34,718 nucleotides of DNA. Origin: Catajapyx aquilonaris. Lineage: Eukaryota. Within the stretch, counting starts at the first letter, position 1. Each line of letters begins with the position of its first letter. Below the pieces are notes generated by a model. It ran no database searches. It saw nothing but the letters and a program-made list of their open reading frames with translations, and was not told the origin of the DNA. The stretch covers positions 1 through 34,718 of the forward strand of contig KZ539066.1 in NCBI GenBank assembly GCA_000934665.2. Direction: 5' to 3'. Shown piece after piece: positions 1 through 12,900 of this stretch. Made by a program: the position numbers and the translations under genes.

Positions 1-110
1 TCTCCACATGCCGATGTCCGAACACGCCCAGTTGCCAGGTAATGCCAAAGTCGTTGTTTACACTTGTTATATGCTATTGTGTCCAGCACTGTACTATGAG
101 AAATTACTAA

Positions 111-257
111 GGGCCGTTTTCTCGAACAGTGGTTCAAATGTAAACCGGGTTCAAAGCCAGTTTAATCCCTGATTTGATTGTTGTTAGGCTGTTGTCAAGG
201 GTTTAAACCGGCTTTGAACAGGGTTTACATTTGAACCACTGTTCGAGAAAACGGCCC
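111..257. mobile_element. PIF/Harbinger-like MITE (147 bp)
   Basis: Long TIR GGGCCGTTTTCTCGAACAGTGGTTCAAATGTAAACC; TAA on both sides (108-110, 258-260). Confidence 0.88.
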
Positions 258-260
258 TAA

Positions 261-285
261 GAGTCCAGACTTATGGGACACCCTG
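261..285. mobile_element. Right terminus of a mariner-like element (left end not seen)
   Basis: ...GGGACACCCTG followed by TA; same terminus type as the element at 6422. Confidence 0.45.
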
Positions 286-1165
286 TAATTACGCCGCAGG
301 GTGGGGGGTTGTTTACCTTTCAAGGGCGCGAGCTAAATTATATAACAATCCGACTTTGTGGGTGCTGAGTCACCATCCACTAGATGGCAAAAGAAGTTTG
401 ACCCACAAATTTTGCCTTTTGCATGTGAACTCTTCGCCGCCAGATTAATTGTTGCCATATGGCTACGGTGGGCATGAAATGGTTAATATGTCCTGCCTTG
501 ATAGGCCCTTCTACCCTTGCTGCACATGTTTCTATTTTCAAAAATGAACCCTGTGGTATACCATATAAAATCCATATCTTTACCGGGGGGTCGGACCTTC
601 ANTCCGGACCTTCAACGGCCCAGGATAGGTAACTACTGGACTTTGCCCAGGGGCGGATCCAGAGAGGAAGTTTTGGACTAATTAAGTTAATGATTAAAGA
701 GACTGGCCCGACATTGCCGTTCAACCTAGCATTTTGGACTGAACAAAAATTCCAAAATGCGAATTTCATGTTGGGATTGGTTCAGAAAATGCCAATAAGA
801 CGTGGCTGCTTCTGGTTTTCCACTCCGCAATGTAGGCTACATGCTACAGTAGTAATAACCTTGTTGTTTGGCAAATTGTTGAAAGGAAGGGCAGAAAATA
901 TTTTTTGCACTCCTGGATGGCCCCTGGGCGGAGTTATGGGGTAATAGATGGAGACCATTGAGTTAATGTTTCCGTGGGGCTTTTGGATGACAGCACCAGT
1001 ACTGTGGTAGTGGTACAGTACTTTGTTCTGGCCCTACCAGGCACGGTCCGTCACAATTCCTGATGGCTTTAGTCAGTTGTGAGGGTAGCAAGCTAAGCGC
1101 TAATATATTGTGGGTTGTTATCCGACCAACAATGTTGCCGTCTTGTGCAGGTCAACCAAGTTATT

Positions 1166-1500
1166 TTTTATTTTTTATTTTTAAAAAATTATTATATTAT
1201 TTTTTAAGCTTTTAACCTCCCTGCATTGTTCCGCAGGGAGGGAACCTTTTATTTTTGTCTTTGACGTAGCGCCAGGGCCCACGGACAGGGTGACTGGGAG
1301 GGGATGTGCAAGTGCAATTCTCAAACGGTACATTTTGTGAACTCCCCCAGGTGGATTAGTCTAAGGAAATTCCACCCGAAACGAAGCCAGAGACGACCCA
1401 ACTCTGCATGAGATGAAGGGGGGAACCCCGGGCAGGGATCAAACCCGGGACCTTAACATCCGTGGGCGCATATGTTTCCGCACCGCCACTTCGTCTCCCC
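1166..1500 (-). mobile_element. tRNA-derived SINE, family A
   Basis: Reverse-complement homologue of 31952-32200; pol III A/B boxes; A-rich tail; TSD AAC(C/G)AAGTTATT at 1154-1165 and 1501-1512. Confidence 0.88.
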
Positions 1501-1644
1501 AACGAAGTTATTGTGGCTTTGACAAGTGCCAATCGCTGGTTCCTGATTAATTGCAAGGCTGGAAGTGGGTTGTTATTTTCCGTAAAAGTCATTATTTATT
1601 GGCCAAGTCATTAAAACTGATTAATATTGAGAAGAGGTCATTAA

Positions 1645-2143
1645 AGGGACACTCCACTCAAAATACAAGTTGATCTGTAAAAATCAGGCAAAGAATCCTG
1701 ATTCCGGTGATACCATCCATTTATCTCTGAGACGAACGGTAATGTCAGGGGAAGAGACGTCGGAAAAAATTCGAGGTCTGTTCGAGAGTGGCGCCGCCTG
1801 GCCACCTGGCCAAGTTAGGCGACGTTGGATAGTAGCGCCGCCTTTCCCAAAGGGCACTAGGGGAAGTTGGCTTCGGACACAACCAGATCCCCACGGATCC
1901 CCATACCCGCAGGCAACTTATCCAAGTCGCCGTTGGGAAGGGCGGCGCTACTATCCAACGTCACCCTTGGGGTGGCGTCGCCACCTGCACCAGGCCCGTT
2001 TGAGCGCGGTTTTCGAACGACACACTTCCAGCTTTCGCCTTGGCCTTACCGTTCGTCTCTCAGAAAAACTGCTTATACCCTCGGAGTCAGGATTTTTTGC
2101 CCGATTTTTAGAGCCCAACTTGTATTTTGAGTGGAGTGTCCCT
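1645..2143. mobile_element. Kolobok-like MITE, nearly fully palindromic
   Basis: TTAA TSD; termini AGGGACACTCCACTCAAAATACAAGTTG; further internal inverted repeats (e.g. ~1820-1850 / ~1933-1962). Confidence 0.85.
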
Positions 2144-2665
2144 TTAAAGGCATTAAATGTAAAGATTCTGAGAAGTGAACTTCTGTTGTACAGCAAAGAA
2201 TGATAACTTGTCTATTTTTTTGAAACTAAATAACACGATATTTGTCCAGGGGAATTCATGGCTATTTCTATATTTTTTCTGTTCCGTAGGTCTCATAATA
2301 ACCATTCATTTTGCCTGAAATTTGTTTTTGATTCAGGGCAGTCAAAAATCCAAATTCCTCGAGATCAAGTGGACCGAAATGTTGCTATACCATCTCTGAA
2401 TTTGGTGATGAAAGTCACTGCTGTACACACCTAATAATACCATAACCCTTCATATCCAGTTTCATCCATATTGCGCAATACAGTGGGGAGGGGAAAAATC
2501 GACAAAATTTGGAAAGGGCTAAAAATGGGGCCTTCTTTGCAAATATTTATTTTCGGTTAGTGGAAGTGGTCAAACTCGAATAAACACATCGTCAAAAGAA
2601 AGAGGAAGACGAGCAGGATGCGCCTATGGAATTAGTTTTTCTCTAAGGTATGACCAGAATAATAT

Positions 2666-2916
2666 GTGTGGCACTCCATATGCCACATGTCCAAGAATTT
2701 GGGTCCTTGAAAATTAACGGTATATCTGCGAAACATCTCTAATATTTTCTCACGAGCCATGCATGAACCAGGCTTCAAACTGAACATATTAAACCTTGTG
2801 TGGGTAGCAACCCTTGTCACCAAATATGACTGCTGTTATTCAAATACATCACTAATATTGTTGGGTTCAAAATTCTTGGACATGTGACTGAGCAAGTGAC
2901 CAATGAAATGCCACAC
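2666..2916. repeat. Degenerate inverted-repeat element
   Basis: CACATGTCCAAGAATTT (2684-2700) pairs with AAATTCTTGGACATGTG (2870-2886); outer GTGTGGCA/TGCCACAC. Confidence 0.5.
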
Positions 2917-3199
2917 CCAAGGGGTTAGCAACTGCCCAAAAACCACTCCGCCTCCCCTAAATGTGCTATATATCCCATGTTATAACTGAAAATGTGACGG
3001 GGTCACAAAAAGTAACCACGTCACTGGAGAAAGAACTTTTCGTATGTCACCATTGTAGGGTTAAGGTCTGTCGCCTTCATGATTAGTTTTTGACAAGCAA
3101 GAGTGAATGAAGAAGAGTTATTGTAGTATTACTTCAGTACTACTAATGATACAGGAGCACAGTGATGCAGCTGTGTGATGATGATTTCTGTTATTCCAG

Positions 3200-3983
3200 C
3201 ACCAAGACTCCCCTCGCAAACTACCAGCAGTCAGAAAGTACCCTCGGAAGGTAGAAAGTGTTCGAGCTGTGGCTGACCCCTTGACTCCATCAACACAACC
3301 CGGTTTTCCAAGCACATCAGTTCCTGCTGGAGTGTCACCCCACCCTTTTCTCCGGCCCTTCCACAGCCCAGCTCAAAGCTCAGGCACCAGTGCAAGTGTT
3401 ACAGTGCATCCGATATCAAGTATGCCAGCCCCTGCTCCTGTGGTTGGTCCGTCCTTCTTCCATTCCCCTCAGGCAGCAGCAGCTCAGCATGCAACAGGCT
3501 CTCCTCTCTACTTCCAACCCATCCCTATCCCTGTCTATGGAAACTACTTGTTGACACCACCTGTGGCCACTGCTGCCTCGGCTGCATCAGGGATTTACAC
3601 AACACCAACATCTAGTCCCTCTGTGCATCCTGGGGCTGACACCATGCCTGCAATGGCATCAATATCAGCTGTTTCTGCTGTTGTTCCCAGTTCATCTATC
3701 ACTACTGCTGTGACAGTGATAACCCCTCAGTCCCTGCAGGCGAACCCTATTCAGACCCAAGCACCAGTTTCTGCAGTAGCACCAACTTCTAGCTCTTCAG
3801 GGCTCTCTCCATTCGCCTCTAGTTCATTTGGTGACACTCTTGTGAACTCAGTGATTGAATCTAGGAAGGTGACCTTTCTCCGTGAACCAGTGGTAGATGT
3901 GTCAGTTCCCAGAGATGCCATCTCACACCAGGACGTAAATGGAGCACCCCCTGATACTCCAGATCCTATGGAGCAGAGAACAG
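3200..3983 (+). CDS. USP10: USP10 N-terminal low-complexity exon (Pro/Ser/Ala/Thr-rich)
   Basis: Acceptor ttattccAG ends at 3199; open frame HQDSPRKLP...MEQRT; donor CAG|gtacag, phase 1, matches the acceptor at 11758. Assigned by phase and position, not by homology. Confidence 0.7.
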
Positions 3984-6900
3984 GTACAGTAGGGAAAAAA
4001 TTCGTCCAAGTACAAATATCTGTGTGACTTTTTTTCCCCCCTTGAGGGGTGATTATGGGTAATTCCACGGCAACAGAGACATGATCCAAAAATGAAGTTG
4101 CTTATTGTGGGGTGGAGATGGGTTATGAAAGCAGATCATTGTGTCATTATATCACACGAAGTAGGCAAAGCAACGTTCTGCTGCCAGGTAGTAGCAGAAC
4201 CATATAATAGTCATAACTGACGCGACTTTGGACTGTTTGTTGTGTCAGTTACATTAATCCTAATTTTTCCTGAAAACACGAACATGAATAGGTGTGATCT
4301 AAAATAATCACAAAATTGTTCCTCCAGTGTAGATCATATATCAGTTGTAACATTACTTCTAAACACATTCAGCACACAGGGTTTCACGTCACTACAGCAC
4401 CCCCCAAAGAGCCTGTCTTTCTTGTTGCGTCAGTTACATTACGTTAATATTGTACCGAGTCCATTCAAGTTACTGTTGCAAAATAAAAATATGGCAATAA
4501 GCCACCAGGAGGCAGCCACATGGGAATAATTTTAAATTCCTTTTCCATTAACATTTGCCATTGCAATAAATATAAGTACAGCATGAATCCTGTGCAAGTG
4601 TTGCATCAGTTATGGTGGAATTCCCCTTATACAAATACCAGGCAATTTGGAGTATTAAATTTTTAAATTTTTAACTTTGTTTTAAAGATTTGAAAAAATA
4701 TCTCAAAAATACTTCAAGGGTTATTGAATTATAAGACATCAGCAGAGCTTAAATGTTCTCTACGTTTTATTTAGTTTTGCTTTTGTGTGACTAACATTCT
4801 TCACACATTCATGTTCATTGGGAGATTTTTTTTTTGCAAAAGAAACAGATAAATCCACTAGAATGTGCAAGTCTGAGGATGGGACAGGGTATGTGGATAA
4901 CATTGAAGTAAGGTTTGTTTGCAGTATCAATATTTAAATTTTGGGACATAGGGGATGTCATAGTTGTAATACAAAAGAAGAGAAAAATATTATTGGAAAA
5001 GTGTTTATATACCTCCAACATTAAGTGCAATATCCCCCCAAACCACAAATTGCCTTGTTTTATATAATAACCCTGCGCATTCGTATTGACTAGTGCATTA
5101 TAGAATTTTACTTCACTGCACAATCATGGGAATTATAATTTCACTTAGTAGTAATCCTGGTGTGTGCCTCTGTAAAACTTGCCACAGCCTAAGTCCATTA
5201 TTTTAATCTTCGTTTACTTATGAAATTTTGTGCAAATGAATTTTATTTGTTACTTTTAAAGTTACCCCCATTGCATTGGAGAGAACGGAGCTCTATTGCG
5301 GGGCTGGGGAACCACTGTAAATGCCATTTTTCCTTCTTCTTTTTCTTTTTCTTTACTTCAGCACCAGTGCAGGGACTAAAGGATATGGGGGTAGGGATCG
5401 GGATTGGGGGGGGTTGCAATGTTGGTAAGCTGGTCATGTGCAGTTCCCCAGAAGGTTAGGTTGCCAGACACCTGCAAGGTGCAGGTCAGGGACCCTCCTG
5501 ACGCAGGCGAAAGGGAGCTCCCAGGCAGGGATCGAACCTGGGACCTTTCACTCAGCAAGCTGAGATGTTACCATCTCGGCCACCACACCTCCCCAATATT
5601 GTGCAAATTCAGATTATTATATGGTATGTTATCCACAATATTCCCTACATTCACAGACTCGTACTGACCCAGGATTGCTTTGGAGGACATGATGTTTTAA
5701 TGGTGAACAAATGTCAGTGATTCACATGAGAAGTGAGAGCACAAAAAAATTGTTGCAATAACAGCACAGCATGTGCATCGGCCGGTGCCACCTTACATAT
5801 TTCAAATTTTTTTTGCTCGTAAGGGGTCGTGCAAATACCACGTGACAGGGTTTTTTTTGGGGGGGGGNTTTTACAGATGCACATAGGTTCAAACTAACCT
5901 AAGATTCGAAATCAGCGACCCCGAAAACATGGGGCGACATGTTTTTTACGTGCTTAAATGGTTTAATAGAGGAACTATCATTTTTGATCGTGTTTTTCCT
6001 TATATCATTGACATTTTAAAATACCACATGAAAAAGGGGAGGGGGGGGGGGGGGTTCCAATGGATACCATGGTCGGTCACAGGGGGGAAGGGGGGTCAAA
6101 GAGTGGCCTAAAATCGGTCACGTGGTATTTGCACGACCCCTAGGACGTGCGAAATTTTCATTTGGTATTTTATGTTAGAAGGTCATGTGGTGATATATTT
6201 TAAATTTCCAGAAAATTGAAAATGTCACATAGGAAAAATCCAGATGCCCACCACGTTGACAGAGTGTAAGGGCAACAACATTGATTAATGCGGTTGACCT
6301 TACACTTTGACCCTGTGTCTGTGGTCAGAAAATGTTAAATATTGGGAAATGTTAATCCCTATCCTATTGCAAATCCAATGATGTGTCATTCACAGCAGGG
6401 CAGGTTACGGCAACCCAGATGCAGGGTGTCCCACTAGCTACTTTACCCGGCATTTCTTTAACCCAGATATCCCGAGCGTCTCCTATAGGGGACACCTGCA
6501 CAGTTGTTTAAATTTTTTTTGCACAGGTTTTCCTGCTGCTGAAGAGCTGGCAGTAGTCACGTGTGCTTCAGTAGAGTCCCAGCTAACGATACAAGTTCAA
6601 TCCTGCTCAATATTGCTTCAGATTTTTAAGATACAGGTGTTTGAATTGTAACGCAAGAAATAATTGCTGCACCTACATGTTCCGAATATGATTAGTAATT
6701 TTTTTGGAATATTGATTAATGTTATGAGGTATTTATTCTTTGTAATTCTTAGAAAACTTATGAATTATGATGTCAATGGGGGAAATACAGGCATATTTTT
6801 TACTTTCCTTGTCTGAGAGTAGTGTTGTCCTCTGGGGAACGCAAGAGGCAAATGCACCCACATTTGGACAAGTAAAGTATGTGTGTTGATTTTGTACACT

Positions 6901-9900
6901 TCATTGAACTGTATTTTATTGAATCCATATAATTAAAACCAGATTACATGGCAACCATGGCAACAATGCTTGATTGTTGTTGATTGTGATTAAATTACAA
7001 CCTCGTCTTTGCACGGCCTGTTTCCGCGGTAAATGCAATCAACAACAATCAATCATTGGTGATATTATGAAACTATGGATATTGCTGAATGTCATTGTTG
7101 CCACTATTATAGCCCTGCTAGGTTACATTTTCCTAGCATCCCATAATTATAGGGAGCGGCCATTTTCGTGCAAACAAGCATTCAGAAAAATGTTTTATAC
7201 AAATTTTTGTGTTTTGGGAACTAATATGAACTAATAGAAACAAAAAAAGTTCAAAAATTCAACAAAAACTTTTCCCGGCATATCTGGGTTAACAACTTCA
7301 ACACGAATGAAGATATCACAACGAAATTTGACGTGAACTAACATCATACTGTGAGAACGGTAATGGCATCACCGCATGTGCTGGAAATGGCCACCATTTT
7401 CGTCCAGGCAGGCCTGAACACGATGCTACATGCAGTAAAACTTCTATAAGTCGAATCTACATGGGACCGGGAAAAATCTTCCGAGTTATAGAAGATTCGA
7501 GTTAGAGAAGTTTGGAATTTTTTAAGCACATAACTCTGTAAGGAAGACTATCATTATATCCAGCGACGAAAGGTGTTCATAACTTGAAAATAACTATCAC
7601 TATCACACTTACAATGTTCCTCGTTGTTTTGTTGTAAAAAAATATCTGTGTTATGGACATTTGCCTACTCTTAGATTCAAGGATTCAATTGTCACAATTA
7701 AGTCAAATCCTCCGTCTAACCCTTCTTTAGGTACGTCTGGTAGACTGAGATCAGGATATTGAGCCTTTCTGTACATGTTGCCTACTCTCGACACTTCGGC
7801 TGGGAAATGAGAATTTTCCGTACTCGCCAACATGAACTTCGACTTACTAGGGAGACTGAAAATGCACTGATTTCCCATTGTAAGGCCCTGCCTGCACTTC
7901 GAGTTATGGAGAACTTCGAGTTAGGGAAGTTTATTTCCTATTATTTTACATCGTGACCAACCAAGCTCATCATTTTCTTCGACTTAGGGAAGTTCAAGTT
8001 ATAGAAGTTTAACTGTATTTTGGAAGGTCCTGGCCAGCATGACCTGGGGCTGAATTTTTTGGATGGTTTTCTTTCAAGGCTTCAATGGATCATGGTTTGT
8101 TTCGGTACACATGTCCTTTCAGAAAGCCCCATAGGAAGAATTAGGCGACATAAGAATGGGCGACCGCAGTGGCCAAAGTCCCTTCGAAATGACTTTGTCG
8201 CCAAGAAAGGACTGAATTTAGGCCATGCTAACGTGCGATGTGTGCAGATGTGTGGCATGTGTACCGAAACAAACCATAATCCATCAACGCCTTGAAAGAA
8301 ACCATCACCCGAGAAATTCAGGAATTATTGCCCCAGGTCATGTTGGCCCAGGACCTTCCAAAATATGTAGCATCATGTTCATGTCTGCTTGGACGAACAT
8401 GGTGGCCATTTCCAGCACATGTTGTGATGCCATTTCCTTTCTCACAGTGTCAGGTAAGTTCATGTCATATTTCGTTGCTATATCTTCATTCGTGTTAAAG
8501 TTATTAAAGAAATGCCAGGTAAAGTAGCTAGTGGGACACACTGCATATGGCCAGATGCAGATGGTTGCATTTGCAATGTTCCTTATATTCATGGGCTCAG
8601 ATTTACATTGTAGGTCATGGGAGCCTGTACCAGAGTTGCGTGACTCCAACCCCCCATTCACTCCTTATGTTTGTGCACAACCTTTTGAATCACCTTGTAT
8701 TTCAATGTAAGTTGTTACATCATCTCACTACACTACAGTATTTTTTTAAAGTACTGCATGTCTTAATAGACAGTGAGGGACTTTTGGGTGATGTAATTTG
8801 TAGGTCAAGCACAGAAACATAGAGAGAGTTTGTCACGAGTAGGTCAACTGGCAGTTAGCATATTCCTTGGCCCAAAACAAGTTGAAAATGTAGGGGGGAG
8901 AAATGTCGAGGGAGCAACTGTTGATGACATAGACCAGGGCTATTCAATTGGCAAACCGTGGTCCGGATCCGGACCTCCAATGGCCCAGGAAAGGTAAGTA
9001 CTGGACCTTGTCATAAACTAGTTGAATAGCCCTGACATAGACAATGGTGTAGATTTGTGTGCCCATGAGACATCCACCCACGTAACAGCTTTTCTGTGGG
9101 GATGGAGGCAAATCACTATGCTCTCGTATGTGCAGTGATTGTCTTAAGTGTCAGATGTGATCCCATATTGATGGCTAGGAAACGAGGTCCTATTGATTCA
9201 CACTGCGCAGACTGAAATGAATGCATCTCCGGGCGAACTAAATGGAAGGAAACATATTGGAAGTTTAGGGAAAGTTGAATTATACAGGGTGATTCTCCCG
9301 AATGGAAACCCAAACATTCCTCAATAACTTTTTCACTATGGTATGGTTCCCGATGAAAATTGACATATCGTCGGCCGGCGATCAAAACCTCGTAACTCCA
9401 TTTTGCGCGAAAATGGACTTACGTACCTCGAAAGTCCCTTTGCACAACTTTGCAACGGTGTACATGAATTCAACATCATCCTCATGAAAGGTAAGGTTTA
9501 CGTTATGCTATACTGTAGGAATCATTGTCAGCATGAACAGAAGACATGATTTTCCAAGATGTTTTTTGTCCCTCCTGTAAAATTTGGTCTTGAGGAGTTA
9601 CGAGGTTTTGATCGCCGGCCGACGATATACAGTAAAACTTCTATAAGTCGAAGAAAACTATGAGCTTGGTTGGTCACAATGTAAAATAATAGGAAATAAA
9701 CTTCCCTAACTTGAAGTTCTATAACTCAAAGTTCTCCGTAACTCGAAGTGCAGGCAGGGTCTTACAATGGGAAATCAGTGCATTTTCAGTCTCCCTAGTA
9801 AGTCGAAGTTCATGTTGGCGAGTACGGAAAATTTACTCATTTCCCAGTGTCGAGAGTAGGCCACATGTACAGAAAGGCTCAATTTCCTGATCTCCGTCCA

Positions 9901-12900
9901 CCAGACGTACGGAATGAAGTGTTTGACTCAATTGTGACAATTGACTCTTTGAATCTAAGAGTAGGCTAATGTCCATAACAGAGGTTTTTTTTACAACAAA
10001 ACAACGAGGAACATGTAAGTGTGATAGTGACAGTTATATTTAAGTTTTGAACACCTTTTCGTCCCTGGATATAAAGGTAGGCTTCCTTATAGAGTTGTGT
10101 GCTTGAAAAAATCCAAACTTCTTTAACTCGAAGTTTTTTCCAGTTCCCATGGAGATTCGACTTAGAGAAGTTTTACTGTACTTACCTTGTATCATGCCAA
10201 ACAAGGTCTGACTAAAGAATATACCAAAAGTGGTCCCCTCCAGCATCCAAGAATTTTTAAATGTGAGTCTGCATATTGCCAAAAACTCCTGCAGATGTGG
10301 ACGCTGACTTGGCAGGAGTGAAACACCTGCTTGGCGAGAGGGCATCTCAAGGCATCTCAAGGCCACGAAAACAGTCCAATTCGTTTTGGGGTATGATGGG
10401 GTGTTTTTTTTTCTCGCGGAGTTTGTTGAAGAGCTGTGTATACAAAAACAACCCTCAAACAATTGATGCTCTCAAAGACCCCTTACGGCGCGTGGTGGGT
10501 GGGAGATTGATGCCATCCCCGCCACCACATGTGCAGGAGTATTCGGCAATATGCAGACTCGTATTTAAAAATTCTTGGATGCTGGAGGGGACCACTTTTG
10601 GTATGTTCTTTAGTCAGACCTTGTTTGGCATGATACAAGGTAAGTACATGTCAATTTTCATCAGGAACCATACCATAGTGAAAAAGTTATTGAGGAATGT
10701 TTGGGTTTCCATTCGGGAGAATCACCCTGTCTCTTGCTCTCTCGGGACGTATTTTTAAAATTGTGCGTTGTCAAATACTTGTAGTCAAATGTCATGCTTG
10801 AAATTTTTTGAAATGCTTGAAGACCCTTGCTGTAAGGCTAGGCCAACCACGTGCTTTTCATCACATAGCCTGCACCATTTGAATATGGTAAAGCCTGGTG
10901 TACATGATCACTTTCCTAACATGTCGGAACAGTAATCTTTGTTTACTTATTCAAGTTCCAATTGAGATTATTTCATTGGTTTGTTGTCCTCAATGTTGCT
11001 TACATTTACATGCACTTGCTGACTCGAGGCTAGTTTATACTCTGCCGTAAGGGGCACTACGACAGCTTACGGCACACGTGCTGCTGTATCGCCAGCGCAC
11101 TACTGCATGAATTTCAACTCCCTACGGCTACTGTAAAAGTTGAACGAAATTCAACTTTTCAGCTACATCATACGGCCACTACAGCAAAACAGAATGGTGG
11201 CTCCGCAAAGTTTGCTGTATGTGACCGAATGCTGGCTCAGAAGGCATATTCCTGGAACGAGTTGATTTTTGGCCAGCTAATATGATCATTGCCGAGACCC
11301 ATGAACGTTTTTAGAATTAAAAAATATAAGTCCAAAATCCGTGGCAGACCGGAGCTGCGGACACCTGGCGGACACCTAGGGTACTAGGAATCCGGCAATG
11401 CTTGACGTACTACTTCGCACCCCTTACGGCGGAGTATAAACTAGCCTTCAGGATTACTTTAGAGGCCGTGGGTTCCTACTTCAATGGCTCTCTGTGCACA
11501 ACCTTTATAATGACCCTGTATATTTATATTCATAATACAACCTCCATATTTGGGTTTGGGAAGACGTGGTTCATGCTCGGACTGTCAAAGTTGTGCACTA
11601 TACACAATGGAACAAAATATGTAAAAAATGTAACAGGAATGCTGCAGGGAAACCTGGCTTTTCATGGTAACGGGACTTGTTGACAGGGCTTATCATTGTT
11701 AAAGATATTTTGGTTTAAATTATTAATCAGTAATGGGGTTCTGTCATTCTCTCACAGAAAGCTGGATGGAGAAATTGGAGGATGGTGGAGATGAAAAGGC
11801 GAATGTGATACAAGAAGATGAGGAGGACGGGGAGGTGGTGGAGGAGGAGTTAGATGAAAATCCGATACCACCCTCCTTGTGTACCAGTCTGCTGGAGAAC
11901 TATCCACAGCTGAAACCTGCATCTTCACCTTCCCAGAACAAGACTTGGGCCAGCTTGTTCAAGCCCGGACCAGCTCCAGTTGAGAGTGACCTCATGAATT
12001 CAAGTAGTCCGTTGGTTTATACTGACTCATCACCTGAAAGTGCATCTATGCTGGACATTGGAAATTCAAAATCAGCAACTCCTTGCAGCTCATATTCGGC
12101 AGCTGATGAAGAACAGCAGCGTACTTTTGACTACAGTCAAGATGTTTTGGCCCAAAAAATTGGTGGTAGGTGTGCCCCTTTTTCTACCAGCTACCCCATC
12201 TAGGCCGATCAAGCCAGCATTTTCTGCTGACTTGGTGTGCTTATGGTGGGAACATTAACTCCTAGGTAATGTGGGAAGAGAGACTGTTTGTTTCTCATCC
12301 AAGGATGCCTAGGTACAAGTTACCAGACATCGTGAACACACAGTCTGCCTGGAAAATCGGAAAGTTCGGATCATTCGAAAATGGTCCTAATTGCTGTAAA
12401 AATGAGCTATTCACATCTTTAAATGAACTACTGTACACACTGTATGCTGTTTTAAATCAGGTTTAATCAAAATGATAAATCTTAAAATAGATTTGAATTT
12501 GTCTTCTGGAAAAAGTCTGCTATACAGAGTGAAGGGAAACTCACGCCCAATCACCAGGTAGACTGATAGTACTCATAAAACTAATATAGGGATGTGCAAT
12601 TAGTTTTGGGCGCTGTTGCATAGTTAATGCATATCGATATGGCACCTTCAAAGTATCGTGACGTCACATAGCAAAAGTCAGTTTGAAGGCCTCCGGTCCC
12701 TTGCCTTGGTTCCCAACACATCGTCCATGTGCAATAGGTGATAAAATGCCATCCGAGTAAGAATCCGGGTACGACATCCTTGCACTTCGTCGTTTAACCT
12801 CATATTTTACCATCCGGCCATCTACACTTGAAAGGCACCATACGCATGAACTGCGCAATGGAGCCCAAAACTAATTGCACATTCCTAGATTAGTTTTGCG

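Larger units (their letters stand above)
6422..8543. mobile_element. Fold-back mariner-like (maT/rosa-type) element with two nested insertions
   Basis: TIR CAGGGTGTCCCACTAGCTACTTTACC; left arm pieces 6422-6461, 7293-7432 and 8016-~8112 mirror ~8256-8543. Transposase 3' remnants: DKVISKGLWPLRSP..LWGFLKGHVYRNKP (- strand, ~8090-8205) and CLDEHGGHFQHML* (+ strand, ~8386-8427). Confidence 0.85.
9285..10729. mobile_element. Second fold-back mariner-like (maT/rosa-type) element with two nested insertions
   Basis: TIR CAGGGTGATTCTCCCGAATGGAAACCC; left arm 9285-9367 plus 10179-~10280 mirrors ~10545-10729; remnants LLKSCVYKNNPQTIDALKD and LDAGGDHFWYVL*. Confidence 0.85.

Noticed and set aside
1..44. 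Donor-like CAG|GTAATG at 38/39 as a possible upstream USP10 exon
   Set aside because: Too little sequence, no recognisable USP10 motif, and it may lie inside a mariner-like element ending at 285.
648..926. Possible hAT-like element CAGGGGCGGATCCAG...CTGGATGGCCCCTG
   Set aside because: Short imperfect TIR and no matching TSD; too weak to call.
1670..2203. 177 aa ORF and overlapping ORFs
   Set aside because: They lie within a palindromic Kolobok-like MITE and show no transposase or other motifs.
2337..2440. Acceptor-preceded open frames as candidate USP10 exon
   Set aside because: No convincing donor/phase or homology.
10276..10758. 160 aa and 140 aa ORFs sharing the peptide FKNSWMLEGTTFG
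   Set aside because: Artefact of an inverted repeat; only frameshifted transposase remnants, no intact gene.
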